A stretch of 64,000 bases of DNA from Fibrobacteria bacterium (GTDB lineage Bacteria; Fibrobacterota; Fibrobacteria; UBA11236), in NCBI GenBank assembly GCA_043745805.1, contig JAYTSD010000006.1, positions 64,001 through 128,000 of the forward strand, written 5' to 3'. The stretch's first letter is position 1; the number at the start of each line of letters is the position of its first letter. Under the pieces are notes generated by a model that was given only the letters and a program-made list of their open reading frames with translations, made no database searches and was not told the origin of the DNA. Below are positions 39,988-48,348 of this stretch, in pieces. Both the position numbers and the translations under genes were made by a program.

Positions 39988-40619
39988 AGCGAGAAAACTT
40001 TTTCATTTATTTCGCATGGATTTTTTTTGGCATAGTTGCCTTGCTTTCCCATTATTTTTTATTTCAACAAACGATTACCGTCGAGAGTAATAGAACCGTA
40101 AGTATTTCTAAACAACTAGGGGCTTTTTATTTGGTGAGTGAAAACAAACCTTCCGCTTCCGAAATTAGAGGCCTTGAGACTTCGGATATTTTAAAACGAA
40201 TTTACAGCGATGGTAATCATGAAATTGAACTTATTGTGGCTTATATTGCGCATAGTAGTCGTAAATCGGCACATGCCCAAGAGGCCTGTTTACGGGGCTC
40301 TGGAGCTTTGGTAGGATCGATAGAAAAAATTCATTTACAGCATTCTCCGGTTTTGGCCACCTCTATTTCTATCGATATTTCTAATCGGCGTTCACGCGTT
40401 TATTATTGGTATAAAATTGGACCTATTTATACTTCGGATTATTTACGCTCCAGTTTAAAAATGTTTTTAGGCGGATTAATTGGTCAACCCAATCACGGGG
40501 CTGCTTTGGTGCGTTTACTGATTCCCGAAAAAAAAGGGGAAGGGGAAAATAATAGTTTAGCCATTGCCGAAGAATTCACGTCCAAGCTATTACCCGAATT
40601 AGAAAGATGTTTACCTTAA
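39984..40619 (+). CDS. EpsI family exosortase-associated protein
   Basis: N-terminal TM; ILKRIY, HAQEACLRGSG, YYWY and ALVRL; ATGA overlap with the exosortase stop. Confidence 0.8.
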   Translation: MKRENFFIYFAWIFFGIVALLSHYFLFQQTITVESNRTVSISKQLGAFYLVSENKPSASEIRGLETSDILKRIYSDGNHEIELIVAYIAHSSRKSAHAQEACLRGSGALVGSIEKIHLQHSPVLATSISIDISNRRSRVYYWYKIGPIYTSDYLRSSLKMFLGGLIGQPNHGAALVRLLIPEKKGEGENNSLAIAEEFTSKLLPELERCLP

Positions 40620-40632
40620 AAAAGAGAAACGC

Positions 40633-41121
40633 ATGAAAATCTCCCCGATTTATTATACCCTCTGCAAATCGCCATTAGGGCCTTTATTACTCGCTGCGGA
40701 TGATAAAGGGTTGATTGCCTTAAGCATGCAAGATGGAGAGGATCCACTAGAGCCTGAAGCTACATGGATTAAAGACGCCACTCGATTTAAAACTGAAATA
40801 GAATCTTTGAATAAATATCTCTCGGGCAAAGGGGATTTATTTCCTTCGGCGCAAGGAAATTTACAAGGCACGGATTTTCAAAAAAAAGTTTGGGCTCAAC
40901 TGCGAAAAATTCCTTTGGGGAAAACCAAAACTTATGGTGATTTAGCTAAAGCCTTGGGAATGCCTTTAGCTGCGCGTGCAGTGGGCATGGCTTGTGGAAA
41001 AAATCCTTTGCCTTTATATAATCCTTGCCATCGCGTGATAGGAAAGAATGGTTCTCTAACGGGATTTTCTTGTGGATTGCATTTTAAAAAGAAATTACTG
41101 GAATTAGAAAAAGCATTGTAG
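40633..41121 (+). CDS. ogt: Methylated-DNA--protein-cysteine methyltransferase
   Basis: GTDFQKKVW, ARAVG and active-site PCHRV. Confidence 0.93.
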   Translation: MKISPIYYTLCKSPLGPLLLAADDKGLIALSMQDGEDPLEPEATWIKDATRFKTEIESLNKYLSGKGDLFPSAQGNLQGTDFQKKVWAQLRKIPLGKTKTYGDLAKALGMPLAARAVGMACGKNPLPLYNPCHRVIGKNGSLTGFSCGLHFKKKLLELEKAL

Positions 41122-41123
41122 AG

Positions 41124-41156
41124 TTCTTGCTACTGCACATTGAGAAGTAGCAAGAA
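41124..41156. terminator. Hairpin between convergent ogt and porin genes
   Basis: TTCTTGCTACT-N11-AGTAGCAAGAA perfect 11-bp inverted repeat. Confidence 0.6.
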
Positions 41157-41166
41157 AGAATTTTAA

Positions 41167-42258
41167 TTAAAAACCAACGCTAAGGCCGATAGAAGCGAAA
41201 AGTCCGGGAGCTCCGCCACCAATGAATTGTGGGCCATTGGACAAGAGAGCTTCTCTAACTAAACCTTCTATTGCAAAATTATCTTTGGTCCAGCGTAAAC
41301 CTAAAGACATGTCGGCACCATCGGTAAGGGCTGCATTATTGTCTTCTTGTGTTACATAGGCAATTGTAACTCCAGCACCTGCTTGGGTATCAAATCCCCA
41401 ACCTAATTTTTTTTGAAATGAAATATTGGGTGTCGAAGCGATAGTATATCCTGAGGCATCCGGTCCTGGATCGGCACTTGCGGAATTGTAAATAAAGGAA
41501 TTATTAGACCCTAAAAATACGGAAAAGTCATCCGATGCTTGCAAGATATAGCCGTGGTAAAAGGATAAATTGATGTTCGTTAAGCCATTTTTGGCGGCAC
41601 CCGCTTTATTACTGGAAAAATTCATGTTCAATTCAACATTAAGCGCATGTTCGCCTGCTTGAGAGGCATCTTTTTTCCATCCGGCCATGAAGTTAAGTAA
41701 ATGATTTTCAGTGGTAACTGTGGGGCCAGCTACAGGAATAACTTCTATAGCATTGTTATTGCCTATCGTTAGATCGTCAAAACCTGCATAGTAGGCCACT
41801 TGCCCATAAACATCACCGACACTCCCAAGGTTAAAGCTACCAAAACCACCAAGACCTTGACCTTCAAAATTGGTAGTGGTTTTGCCCGCAATTGGATCTT
41901 CCGTATGGGTACGATGTAAAGAAACAATTAATCCACCACCCCAGGCACCAGTTGAGCCTACACCAGTTCGAATTTCAGCTTCACCTGGATTGCTTCTAGC
42001 CGTTCCAAACCAATTCAAATTCCCACCTTTAAAGGAATAGGCTGCATTGGTTAATTGCGCGTTGCCCCAGCCGGCAATGTATTGCTGATTGATTAAATGG
42101 GGTCTTTTGGTTAAATCATCAACCGTATTGTCGGATGCAGCATTGCCTTTCACAACCTCGCTGTACAAGCCCGTCCGTGGGGCGGTTGCAGCTGCAAGAG
42201 CTGAACCGTATAGGCCGGTTAAAATTAGGGTTGATAATGCACTTTTAGTTAATCTCAT
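41167..42258 (-). CDS. Outer-membrane beta-barrel protein (porin-like), unknown family
   Basis: Signal peptide ending ALA; Gly/Asn-rich amphipathic strands; ends FASIGLSVGF; strong AAGGAG RBS. Confidence 0.65.
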   Translation of the reverse strand: MRLTKSALSTLILTGLYGSALAAATAPRTGLYSEVVKGNAASDNTVDDLTKRPHLINQQYIAGWGNAQLTNAAYSFKGGNLNWFGTARSNPGEAEIRTGVGSTGAWGGGLIVSLHRTHTEDPIAGKTTTNFEGQGLGGFGSFNLGSVGDVYGQVAYYAGFDDLTIGNNNAIEVIPVAGPTVTTENHLLNFMAGWKKDASQAGEHALNVELNMNFSSNKAGAAKNGLTNINLSFYHGYILQASDDFSVFLGSNNSFIYNSASADPGPDASGYTIASTPNISFQKKLGWGFDTQAGAGVTIAYVTQEDNNAALTDGADMSLGLRWTKDNFAIEGLVREALLSNGPQFIGGGAPGLFASIGLSVGF

Positions 42259-42407
42259 TGATTTACTCCTTTATATGATTTCAAGAAAAGAAACCTCACA
42301 AAACTTACAAATTTTAACAAAAAGCCAATATCCCCTAGAAAAATATATTGTTAACAATTGTTGATAGACTGTGGGTACTTTATACAGAAAAGCAAAAAAT
42401 TCGTGTT

Positions 42408-43385
42408 TTAAGTGATTTCGGTAATGATGATGCTCTCAAACTGATTGAGTTCTTTTTCATGATATTGCAAAAAAATTGTTTCGGTGCGCACGCCTCTTAA
42501 AATATTTACAATGAATCGACTATATCGATGTACCAAAGACATGCCTCTTCCACTTTCATCCCATATTCCTGGTGGAAGTTTTTCATCGCCAATACACGAT
42601 TGTCGACGGAGTTTTTCTAATAAACGCAGCATGCTTAAATTACCGCTGGAGTCTTGAATGGAGAAACCAATTTTTTCATGATCTACAGCGAAGCTTACCT
42701 TGATGGCTTTGCGTTCGGGTATAAAAATTTCGGGTGAAGCGGTTAATAAATATTTATCACGATTTTCGGGAGTGATGCCTTCAATAGCATATGAAAAAGT
42801 ATTGAGGAGTAACTCATGTAAGAACATTCTAAAATTTGCTTTTTCTTCTTCATGCACATACGTATGAAAAAAATCGAAACCTTCTTGAATAACTTTTTGT
42901 ACTTCTACTTGTCCGGCATAGGTTTTATAAAGTGGGCCAACTTCAAAGCCATGCGGAAAATAAGGATCGAAACCAAATATATTTCCGGTTAAAAGCCTAA
43001 TAGTTAAGGCGCGAATTATAGCCGGATCAAATTGTTTTTTACGAATAATATTACTCACCAAACAATTTTGCGCTACGCGAAAATAATCCATGTCGGGCTC
43101 TACGACTAAAACAATTTGTAAACGAGTATTAAATTTGCGAATAGAGGCTATTAATAAGGACTCTATGTCTACAGCTTCACTTTCCATTTCAATAAATACC
43201 AAACCTGGACTTTGTGCAGGAAGTGATTTTTGCCAAGTGAGGCGCGGTGAAAAAAAGAATTCAGGCGCTAATCGATAACCCTCTTCCCAACTAATTTGGG
43301 CATAGCATTCACCTAATCGATTTGCTAATTCCACATTACTGCTAAGCAGTATAATGGGAAGAGTATGCGGTTTTAGAGTAGTCAT
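42408..43385 (-). CDS. Degenerate receiver-like domain fused to a HATPase_c-like (anti-sigma kinase-type) domain
   Basis: HELLLN (N box), IQDSSG (G1) and DESGRGMSLV (G2); N-terminal alpha/beta receiver-like region lacking the canonical Asp. Confidence 0.55.
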   Translation of the reverse strand: MTTLKPHTLPIILLSSNVELANRLGECYAQISWEEGYRLAPEFFFSPRLTWQKSLPAQSPGLVFIEMESEAVDIESLLIASIRKFNTRLQIVLVVEPDMDYFRVAQNCLVSNIIRKKQFDPAIIRALTIRLLTGNIFGFDPYFPHGFEVGPLYKTYAGQVEVQKVIQEGFDFFHTYVHEEEKANFRMFLHELLLNTFSYAIEGITPENRDKYLLTASPEIFIPERKAIKVSFAVDHEKIGFSIQDSSGNLSMLRLLEKLRRQSCIGDEKLPPGIWDESGRGMSLVHRYSRFIVNILRGVRTETIFLQYHEKELNQFESIIITEIT

Positions 43386-43600
43386 AAGTTGTGTTATTTC
43401 CTGTGATTATAACATTTTCTCATTTAACTCTAACAGACAAAGTTTCCTTAATGCAATATTTTCGCTACTTGTGCGATTAGTGTTTTTAAGTCTAAAAAAG
43501 AAAGTCATTGAAATATCTCTAGAAAAGGTTGATAATAAATTGACCATAAAAACTAACCCGCTCCGCATGGCGGGTTGAAAATGAGTGTAGGAGCCCAGTA

Positions 43601-44149
43601 ATGTTAACCACAGGAGAAGTTGCAAAATTATTCCACGTGTCCGCCCAAACCGTCATCAATTGGCTCGATCAAGGTCGCATGCCTTTCGAAAGAATTGGTC
43701 GCGGACCTCGGCGTTTGACGGAAGAAAGTGTGATGCGTTATGTTGAGGAAATTGGTATTTCCCCCGAAGCATTAGACGAAGAAATTTATGCTCGCGCTAC
43801 AAAAGCGGCCGCTGCCTATCGTAATAGCACCGGTCCCGCCGTAGTTGTAACGGATATTGATTTAAAAATAGTCGCTTGGAATGATGCTGCTCGCAATTTA
43901 TACGGTCACACCCAAGTTGAAATGTTGGGTAAACCGATTGCCAAGTTCGTAACGAAATTAAGCAATAATGAGAGTTCAATTGAAAATTTAATGCGTTCTC
44001 CATGGCAAGATAAATCTCTCGTGGTGGAAGCCATGCAAGATACTCGCTTTGGAAAAAGTATTTTTGGTTCGATCACAATTTCACGCTATTTCATGGATGG
44101 CCAATTGGCTGGCTATGTTTTGGCTTGTCATGAAAAAATCAAAAAATAA
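43601..44149 (+). CDS. Excisionase-like HTH (HTH_17/MerR-like) plus PAS domain regulator
   Basis: MLTTGEVAKLFHVSAQTVINW; AVVVTD...IVAWNDAARNLYGH..EMLGK PAS motif. Confidence 0.8.
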   Translation: MLTTGEVAKLFHVSAQTVINWLDQGRMPFERIGRGPRRLTEESVMRYVEEIGISPEALDEEIYARATKAAAAYRNSTGPAVVVTDIDLKIVAWNDAARNLYGHTQVEMLGKPIAKFVTKLSNNESSIENLMRSPWQDKSLVVEAMQDTRFGKSIFGSITISRYFMDGQLAGYVLACHEKIKK

Positions 44150-44170
44150 ACTTTAGGCTTAGCATTTTTT

Positions 44171-44200
44171 AAAAAGGCTGCTTTAAAAAGCGGCCTTTTT
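44171..44200. terminator. Bidirectional intrinsic terminator
   Basis: AAAAAGGCTGCTTT-AA-AAAGCGGCCTTTTT between convergent genes. Confidence 0.78.
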
Positions 44201-44519
44201 ATTTTGTCGAATCGATTTTTGATTTTGCGGGTAAATAGCGAAAAACTTTTTCATTATGTTTTATCATGCCTAATTCTTTACGGGCAATAATTTCGATATA
44301 AGACGTGTCATTTTTTAAGCGCGTACTTTCGGCTACTAATTCTTCTTTACGGAATTGTAAGCTATCCATAGCTTGTTGTTGTTGTTTTTGTTGGCGATTA
44401 AGCGCATTAACGTTTAATATTCCGCTAGGTCCAGTTAAAACAGAATAAAGAGTGAGGCAAAGAAAGGCAAGAATTACATAACGAAGCCATTTAATTTTTT
44501 TCTTTGCTGTATTTGCCAT
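44199..44519 (-). CDS. ftsB: Septum formation initiator, FtsB/DivIC family
   Basis: TM, GPSG, coiled coil and YIEIIARKELGMIKHNE. Confidence 0.82.
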   Translation of the reverse strand: MANTAKKKIKWLRYVILAFLCLTLYSVLTGPSGILNVNALNRQQKQQQQAMDSLQFRKEELVAESTRLKNDTSYIEIIARKELGMIKHNEKVFRYLPAKSKIDSTK

Positions 44520-44554
44520 GATTATGTGGCAAAGTATAGCAAAATGAAAGGTTA

Positions 44555-45829
44555 TTAGGCCAGCTGATAACAGGGTCCAGGCGTTTTACGCACCCAGCCT
44601 TTAAGTTCCAAACGCAATAATACCGAAAGCATTTGCGATAAGGGTGCCGCACTCCAATCGGTATTGAGTTTGGTATGGTGATAAATAAAATCAACCGGTA
44701 AGGGTTCTTTTTTTAAGGTGGAAAGTAAACACTTTTCACCAAGATTAAGGGAATCTAAATTATGTGAGGAGGATAAGGTAAGGGTTTTTGTTTTATAGGC
44801 TAATGATGGAGAAGCATTGTTAGCATTAGGTACATTAGGAATTTTGGAGTCAATAGAAATAGTATTGAACTTGGTTGTATGCATAGGTCCAGGAGCATAT
44901 ACAATATGTACAGGAACCTTAATTGCTTGAGAAGAAGTGGATGATGCGGTTAAGGGTTCGTTAAAGTGACGTAACACATCGATGGCATTGCAAACCAAAT
45001 GTGCCCCTTCCTTAATTAAGAGATTCGTGCCGGAAGAATTAATATTTTCAATTGAACCCGGTAAAGCAAAGATTTTTTTGTTTTGCGCTAAAGCGTAACG
45101 GGCAGTAATTAAAGCGCCGCTATCTTCACCGGCTTCAATGACTAAAGTACCTTTGGATAAAGCACTAATAATGCGATTGCGTTGTGGAAAGTGACTGGCT
45201 TGGGGCCGCGTCCCAAAGGGGAATTCGGAAATCACTGCGCCTTGCTTGGTGATTAAATGGAAAAGCCCTGCATTTTCACGCGGATAAATATGATCCAAGC
45301 CGCTGCCAATTACGGCTATGGTGCGAGCGCCCACTTTAAGCGCCGCTTGATGGGCATAGGTGTCCACTCCCTTGGCCAATCCGGAGACAATGGTATGCGT
45401 AGCACCTAAATCAGCAGCCATACGAACCGTATGCGAGGCTCCATAAGCTGAAGGGCAGCGTGTTCCCACAATGGCGATACTTTGCGCATCTTTAGCTTCC
45501 CAATGTCCCAGCATATAAATGAATGGTGGAGGATACACTAAGGACTCCCTCAATGAGGCAGGATATTGTGGGGCATGCCAAGGCACTATGGACGCTCCAT
45601 ACTTCACACAATGGTCAAATTGACGATCAACTTCGCGTAAATTGGGGCCTTGCAAAATTCGATTAAGAGTGGGGGTTTTGATTTTGAGCGGAATTGATTT
45701 TAGCTCTTTCTCGGTCGCGCTGAAAATGCGTTGGCAGGATCCGAAATGCCCTAAAAGCCGGTGAAAAGACACCGGACCCATGCCGTCGACCAGAGAAAGA
45801 GCCAAAGCGAGTTTGAATTCCATAAGCAA
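44555..45829 (-). CDS. dprA: DNA-processing protein DprA
   Basis: AIVGTR, IVSGLAKGVD, FPQRNRIIS and EAGEDSGALITA; C-terminal winged helix. Confidence 0.93.
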   Translation of the reverse strand: MLMEFKLALALSLVDGMGPVSFHRLLGHFGSCQRIFSATEKELKSIPLKIKTPTLNRILQGPNLREVDRQFDHCVKYGASIVPWHAPQYPASLRESLVYPPPFIYMLGHWEAKDAQSIAIVGTRCPSAYGASHTVRMAADLGATHTIVSGLAKGVDTYAHQAALKVGARTIAVIGSGLDHIYPRENAGLFHLITKQGAVISEFPFGTRPQASHFPQRNRIISALSKGTLVIEAGEDSGALITARYALAQNKKIFALPGSIENINSSGTNLLIKEGAHLVCNAIDVLRHFNEPLTASSTSSQAIKVPVHIVYAPGPMHTTKFNTISIDSKIPNVPNANNASPSLAYKTKTLTLSSSHNLDSLNLGEKCLLSTLKKEPLPVDFIYHHTKLNTDWSAAPLSQMLSVLLRLELKGWVRKTPGPCYQLA

Positions 45830-45938
45830 ATCCCTCTAATATCTATTTCATAAATATACTGCACATAAAAGCACTATGCAAGGAGAATATTAAAAAATAT
45901 GCAATTATTTGATTTTGGGATTTTGTTATCGTTGCATC

Positions 45939-46727
45939 ATGTCAAAAAAAAATATCGCCGATCTATTAGTCATTATGGAAAAACTCCGCAGTCCCGAAGG
46001 TTGTCCTTGGGATAAAGAACAAAATCATTCCAGCATACTTTCATGCCTCATTGAAGAAACCTATGAGTTTATTGATGCCGTGGAAAATTCCGATTTGGAA
46101 AATATGCAAGAGGAATTGGGTGATTTGCTTTTGCAAGTGGTGTTCCATGCGCAAATGGCCAATGAAAAAGGTCATTTTAATTTTGAAGATGTGGCCGATG
46201 GTATTAGCGAAAAGTTAATTCGCCGCCATCCGCATGTATTTGGGGAAGTGCAATTGCAAGGCTCGGATGCAGTAGTGGTGCAATGGGAAGAAATTAAAAA
46301 ACAAGAAAAACAAAATTCGCCAACCCAAGCTCCTAGTGCTTTAAATGGCATTCCTAAACATTTACCGGCTTTGCTTAAAGCGCAAAAAATTCAGAAGAAG
46401 GCCGCGCAAGTTGGATTTGATTGGCCGGATAGCAAAGGCTCTGCGGAAAAAATTCGTGAAGAGCTAAGTGAATTTGAAAAAGAAATTCAGGCGGGTGATA
46501 CGGAAAAAATGGAACAAGAATTTGGTGACTTGCTTTTTTCCGTAGTTAACCTAGGACGTAAACTTAAAATCGATCCGGAAAAAGCATTAGGCTTGACCAA
46601 TCAAAAATTTACCCGTCGCTTTCAGCATGTAGAAAGTTTATTACTCAGCGAAGGCAAGCAGGCGAAGGATCTAGACCTCGCTGCACTTGACCACTATTGG
46701 GAGCAAGCTAAAAAACACCTTGGATGA
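45939..46727 (+). CDS. mazG: Nucleoside triphosphate pyrophosphohydrolase
   Basis: GCPWD.EQ, EETYE, EELGDLLLQ, KLIRRHPHVF, GFDW and EFGDLLF. Confidence 0.95.
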   Translation: MSKKNIADLLVIMEKLRSPEGCPWDKEQNHSSILSCLIEETYEFIDAVENSDLENMQEELGDLLLQVVFHAQMANEKGHFNFEDVADGISEKLIRRHPHVFGEVQLQGSDAVVVQWEEIKKQEKQNSPTQAPSALNGIPKHLPALLKAQKIQKKAAQVGFDWPDSKGSAEKIREELSEFEKEIQAGDTEKMEQEFGDLLFSVVNLGRKLKIDPEKALGLTNQKFTRRFQHVESLLLSEGKQAKDLDLAALDHYWEQAKKHLG

Positions 46728-46745
46728 ATCCTCGGAACATTTTTT

Positions 46746-47615
46746 TTATTGACGTATAGCTGCCAGCATGAGCATGGCTTCGCGCGTTTCGGCTACATCA
46801 TGCACGCGTAATATGGCCGCGCCTTTGAGGGCCGCATAGAGAGCGGTAGCAATGCTGGGAATAAGACGGTTGGAGTTTTCTAAACCTAGCGTTTTGCCGA
46901 CAAAGGATTTGCGCGAAGCGCCCAATAAAATGGGGCATCCCAAGGTGTCGAAGCTTTCCAACTCTTCAATCAAGCGATAATTATGTTGCGGAGTTTTTCC
47001 AAAACCAATGCCTGGATCTACTGCGATGAATTCTTTGCTGAGGCCCAATGCTGCCAAGGTTTGGATTTGCTTTTGCAAAAAGGCATGTACCTCGCGAGTT
47101 ACGTCTTTGTATTCCGGATCCTTTTGCATATTTTGGGGTTGGCCGCGCATATGATTTAATACCACACCCGCTTGATAAGCCTGCGGCAATTCGAGCATCA
47201 TGGGATCAAAAGTCATGGCGCTAATATCATTGATAATCATGGCTCCCGCATCTAAGGCTGTGCGGGCGACTTCGGATTTTACGGTGTCAATGGAAAGGGG
47301 GATCGTAAAGCGTTTGGATAAAGCCGCGATTAAAGGAATGGTGCGGGCGATTTCATCTTGTGTGGAAACTGGCTGCGCGCCTGGTCGTGAGGACTCTCCC
47401 CCAATGTCGAGAATATCTGCGCCTTCGGCAATAAGCTTTTCGGCATGAGCGATGGCTTTATCAAGTTGTTGGTATTGATTACCATCGAAAAAAGAATCGG
47501 GAGTAACATTAAGGATACCCATAAGGAGAGGGCGATCCCCTCCTAAGGTTTTATTTCCGACTCGCCAAGGACGAGGTTTAACGGTTTGGATGGGCTTACC
47601 CCAAGGTGAGGTCAT
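46746..47615 (-). CDS. folP: Dihydropteroate synthase
   Basis: MGILNVTPDSF, DIGGESSRPG, DPGIGFGK, SRKSF and RVHDV. Confidence 0.96.
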   Translation of the reverse strand: MTSPWGKPIQTVKPRPWRVGNKTLGGDRPLLMGILNVTPDSFFDGNQYQQLDKAIAHAEKLIAEGADILDIGGESSRPGAQPVSTQDEIARTIPLIAALSKRFTIPLSIDTVKSEVARTALDAGAMIINDISAMTFDPMMLELPQAYQAGVVLNHMRGQPQNMQKDPEYKDVTREVHAFLQKQIQTLAALGLSKEFIAVDPGIGFGKTPQHNYRLIEELESFDTLGCPILLGASRKSFVGKTLGLENSNRLIPSIATALYAALKGAAILRVHDVAETREAMLMLAAIRQ

Positions 47616-47620
47616 GCTGT

Positions 47621-48007
47621 TTATATTGTTTTGGGAGGTTTAGGAAAATAACGGACATCAGCGAGTCCTTTAAAGTCATCGTCCTGTGTCCAAAGAATAG
47701 CTTGAAAGCGATAAGCTGTAGCTAAAATAATACTATCCGCTAAGGGGAGTTTATGGGTAACACCTAATTTCGCCGCACTTAAAGACAAGTTCATATCCAA
47801 ATCTTCAATTTTACCTTGGCGCATTTGGGCGATAGCTTGTAAGGCAACATTTTCATTGCGTTGCTGAAGAATGCGTTTAAAAACTTCCAGTATAGTTATC
47901 GATGGAACGATGAGATTTTCTGTGTCTTCAATGGGGTTTGCAAACACTTGAGCATTATGGCCATTGGAAAAGTATTCCAGCCAAGCAGAAGAATCGACAA
48001 CATTCAT
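47621..48007 (-). CDS. VapC family PIN-domain toxin
   Basis: VVDSSAWLE, ILEV, LADSIILATA and TQDDDF. Confidence 0.9.
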   Translation of the reverse strand: MNVVDSSAWLEYFSNGHNAQVFANPIEDTENLIVPSITILEVFKRILQQRNENVALQAIAQMRQGKIEDLDMNLSLSAAKLGVTHKLPLADSIILATAYRFQAILWTQDDDFKGLADVRYFPKPPKTI

Positions 48008-48210
48008 AAACGATCTTTATCTCTTTTTATTTCCGTATCTATGCCTTTCAAAAATCCTCGCATGCTTTTCATGGGCCGGACAGGAATAAATTCAATGCGG
48101 TTTTCATATTGAAATAGTTGTACCTTTTCGCCAGCTTTTAAATCCATGCTGTCTCTCACTTCCTTGGGAATGACAACTTGAAATTTTGGAGATATGGTTA
48201 AAGTTTGCAT
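48004..48210 (-). CDS. AbrB/MazE-type antitoxin (VapB-like)
   Basis: ISPKFQVVIPKEVR; ATGA overlap with the PIN gene. Confidence 0.88.
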   Translation of the reverse strand: MQTLTISPKFQVVIPKEVRDSMDLKAGEKVQLFQYENRIEFIPVRPMKSMRGFLKGIDTEIKRDKDRL

Positions 48211-48241
48211 TAGGGCTCCTTATCGATAAGCTATTCGTTAA

Positions 48242-48270
48242 ACGATACAGAGATCGATAGAGAATGTCAA
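48242..48270 (-). promoter_or_regulatory. sigma70-type promoter of the vapBC pair
   Basis: Minus-strand TTGACA-17 nt-TATCGT, with ATCGAT palindromes in the spacer and near the RBS. Confidence 0.65.
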
Positions 48271-48311
48271 GTAAACTTAGAGACGGTAGAGATTTTAGCG
48301 AGAAATAGGAG

Positions 48312-48336
48312 TTAAGTGGCTATTTAAGCCACTTAA
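48312..48336 (-). terminator. Hairpin downstream of ftsH
   Basis: TTAAGTGGCT-N5-AGCCACTTAA perfect 10-bp inverted repeat. Confidence 0.55.
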
Positions 48337-48348
48337 AATAGGGGTATA

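Noticed and set aside
43601-44149. Prophage excisionase marking a mobile element
   Set aside because: The HTH is fused to a PAS domain, and there is no integrase, att-like repeat or phage gene nearby.
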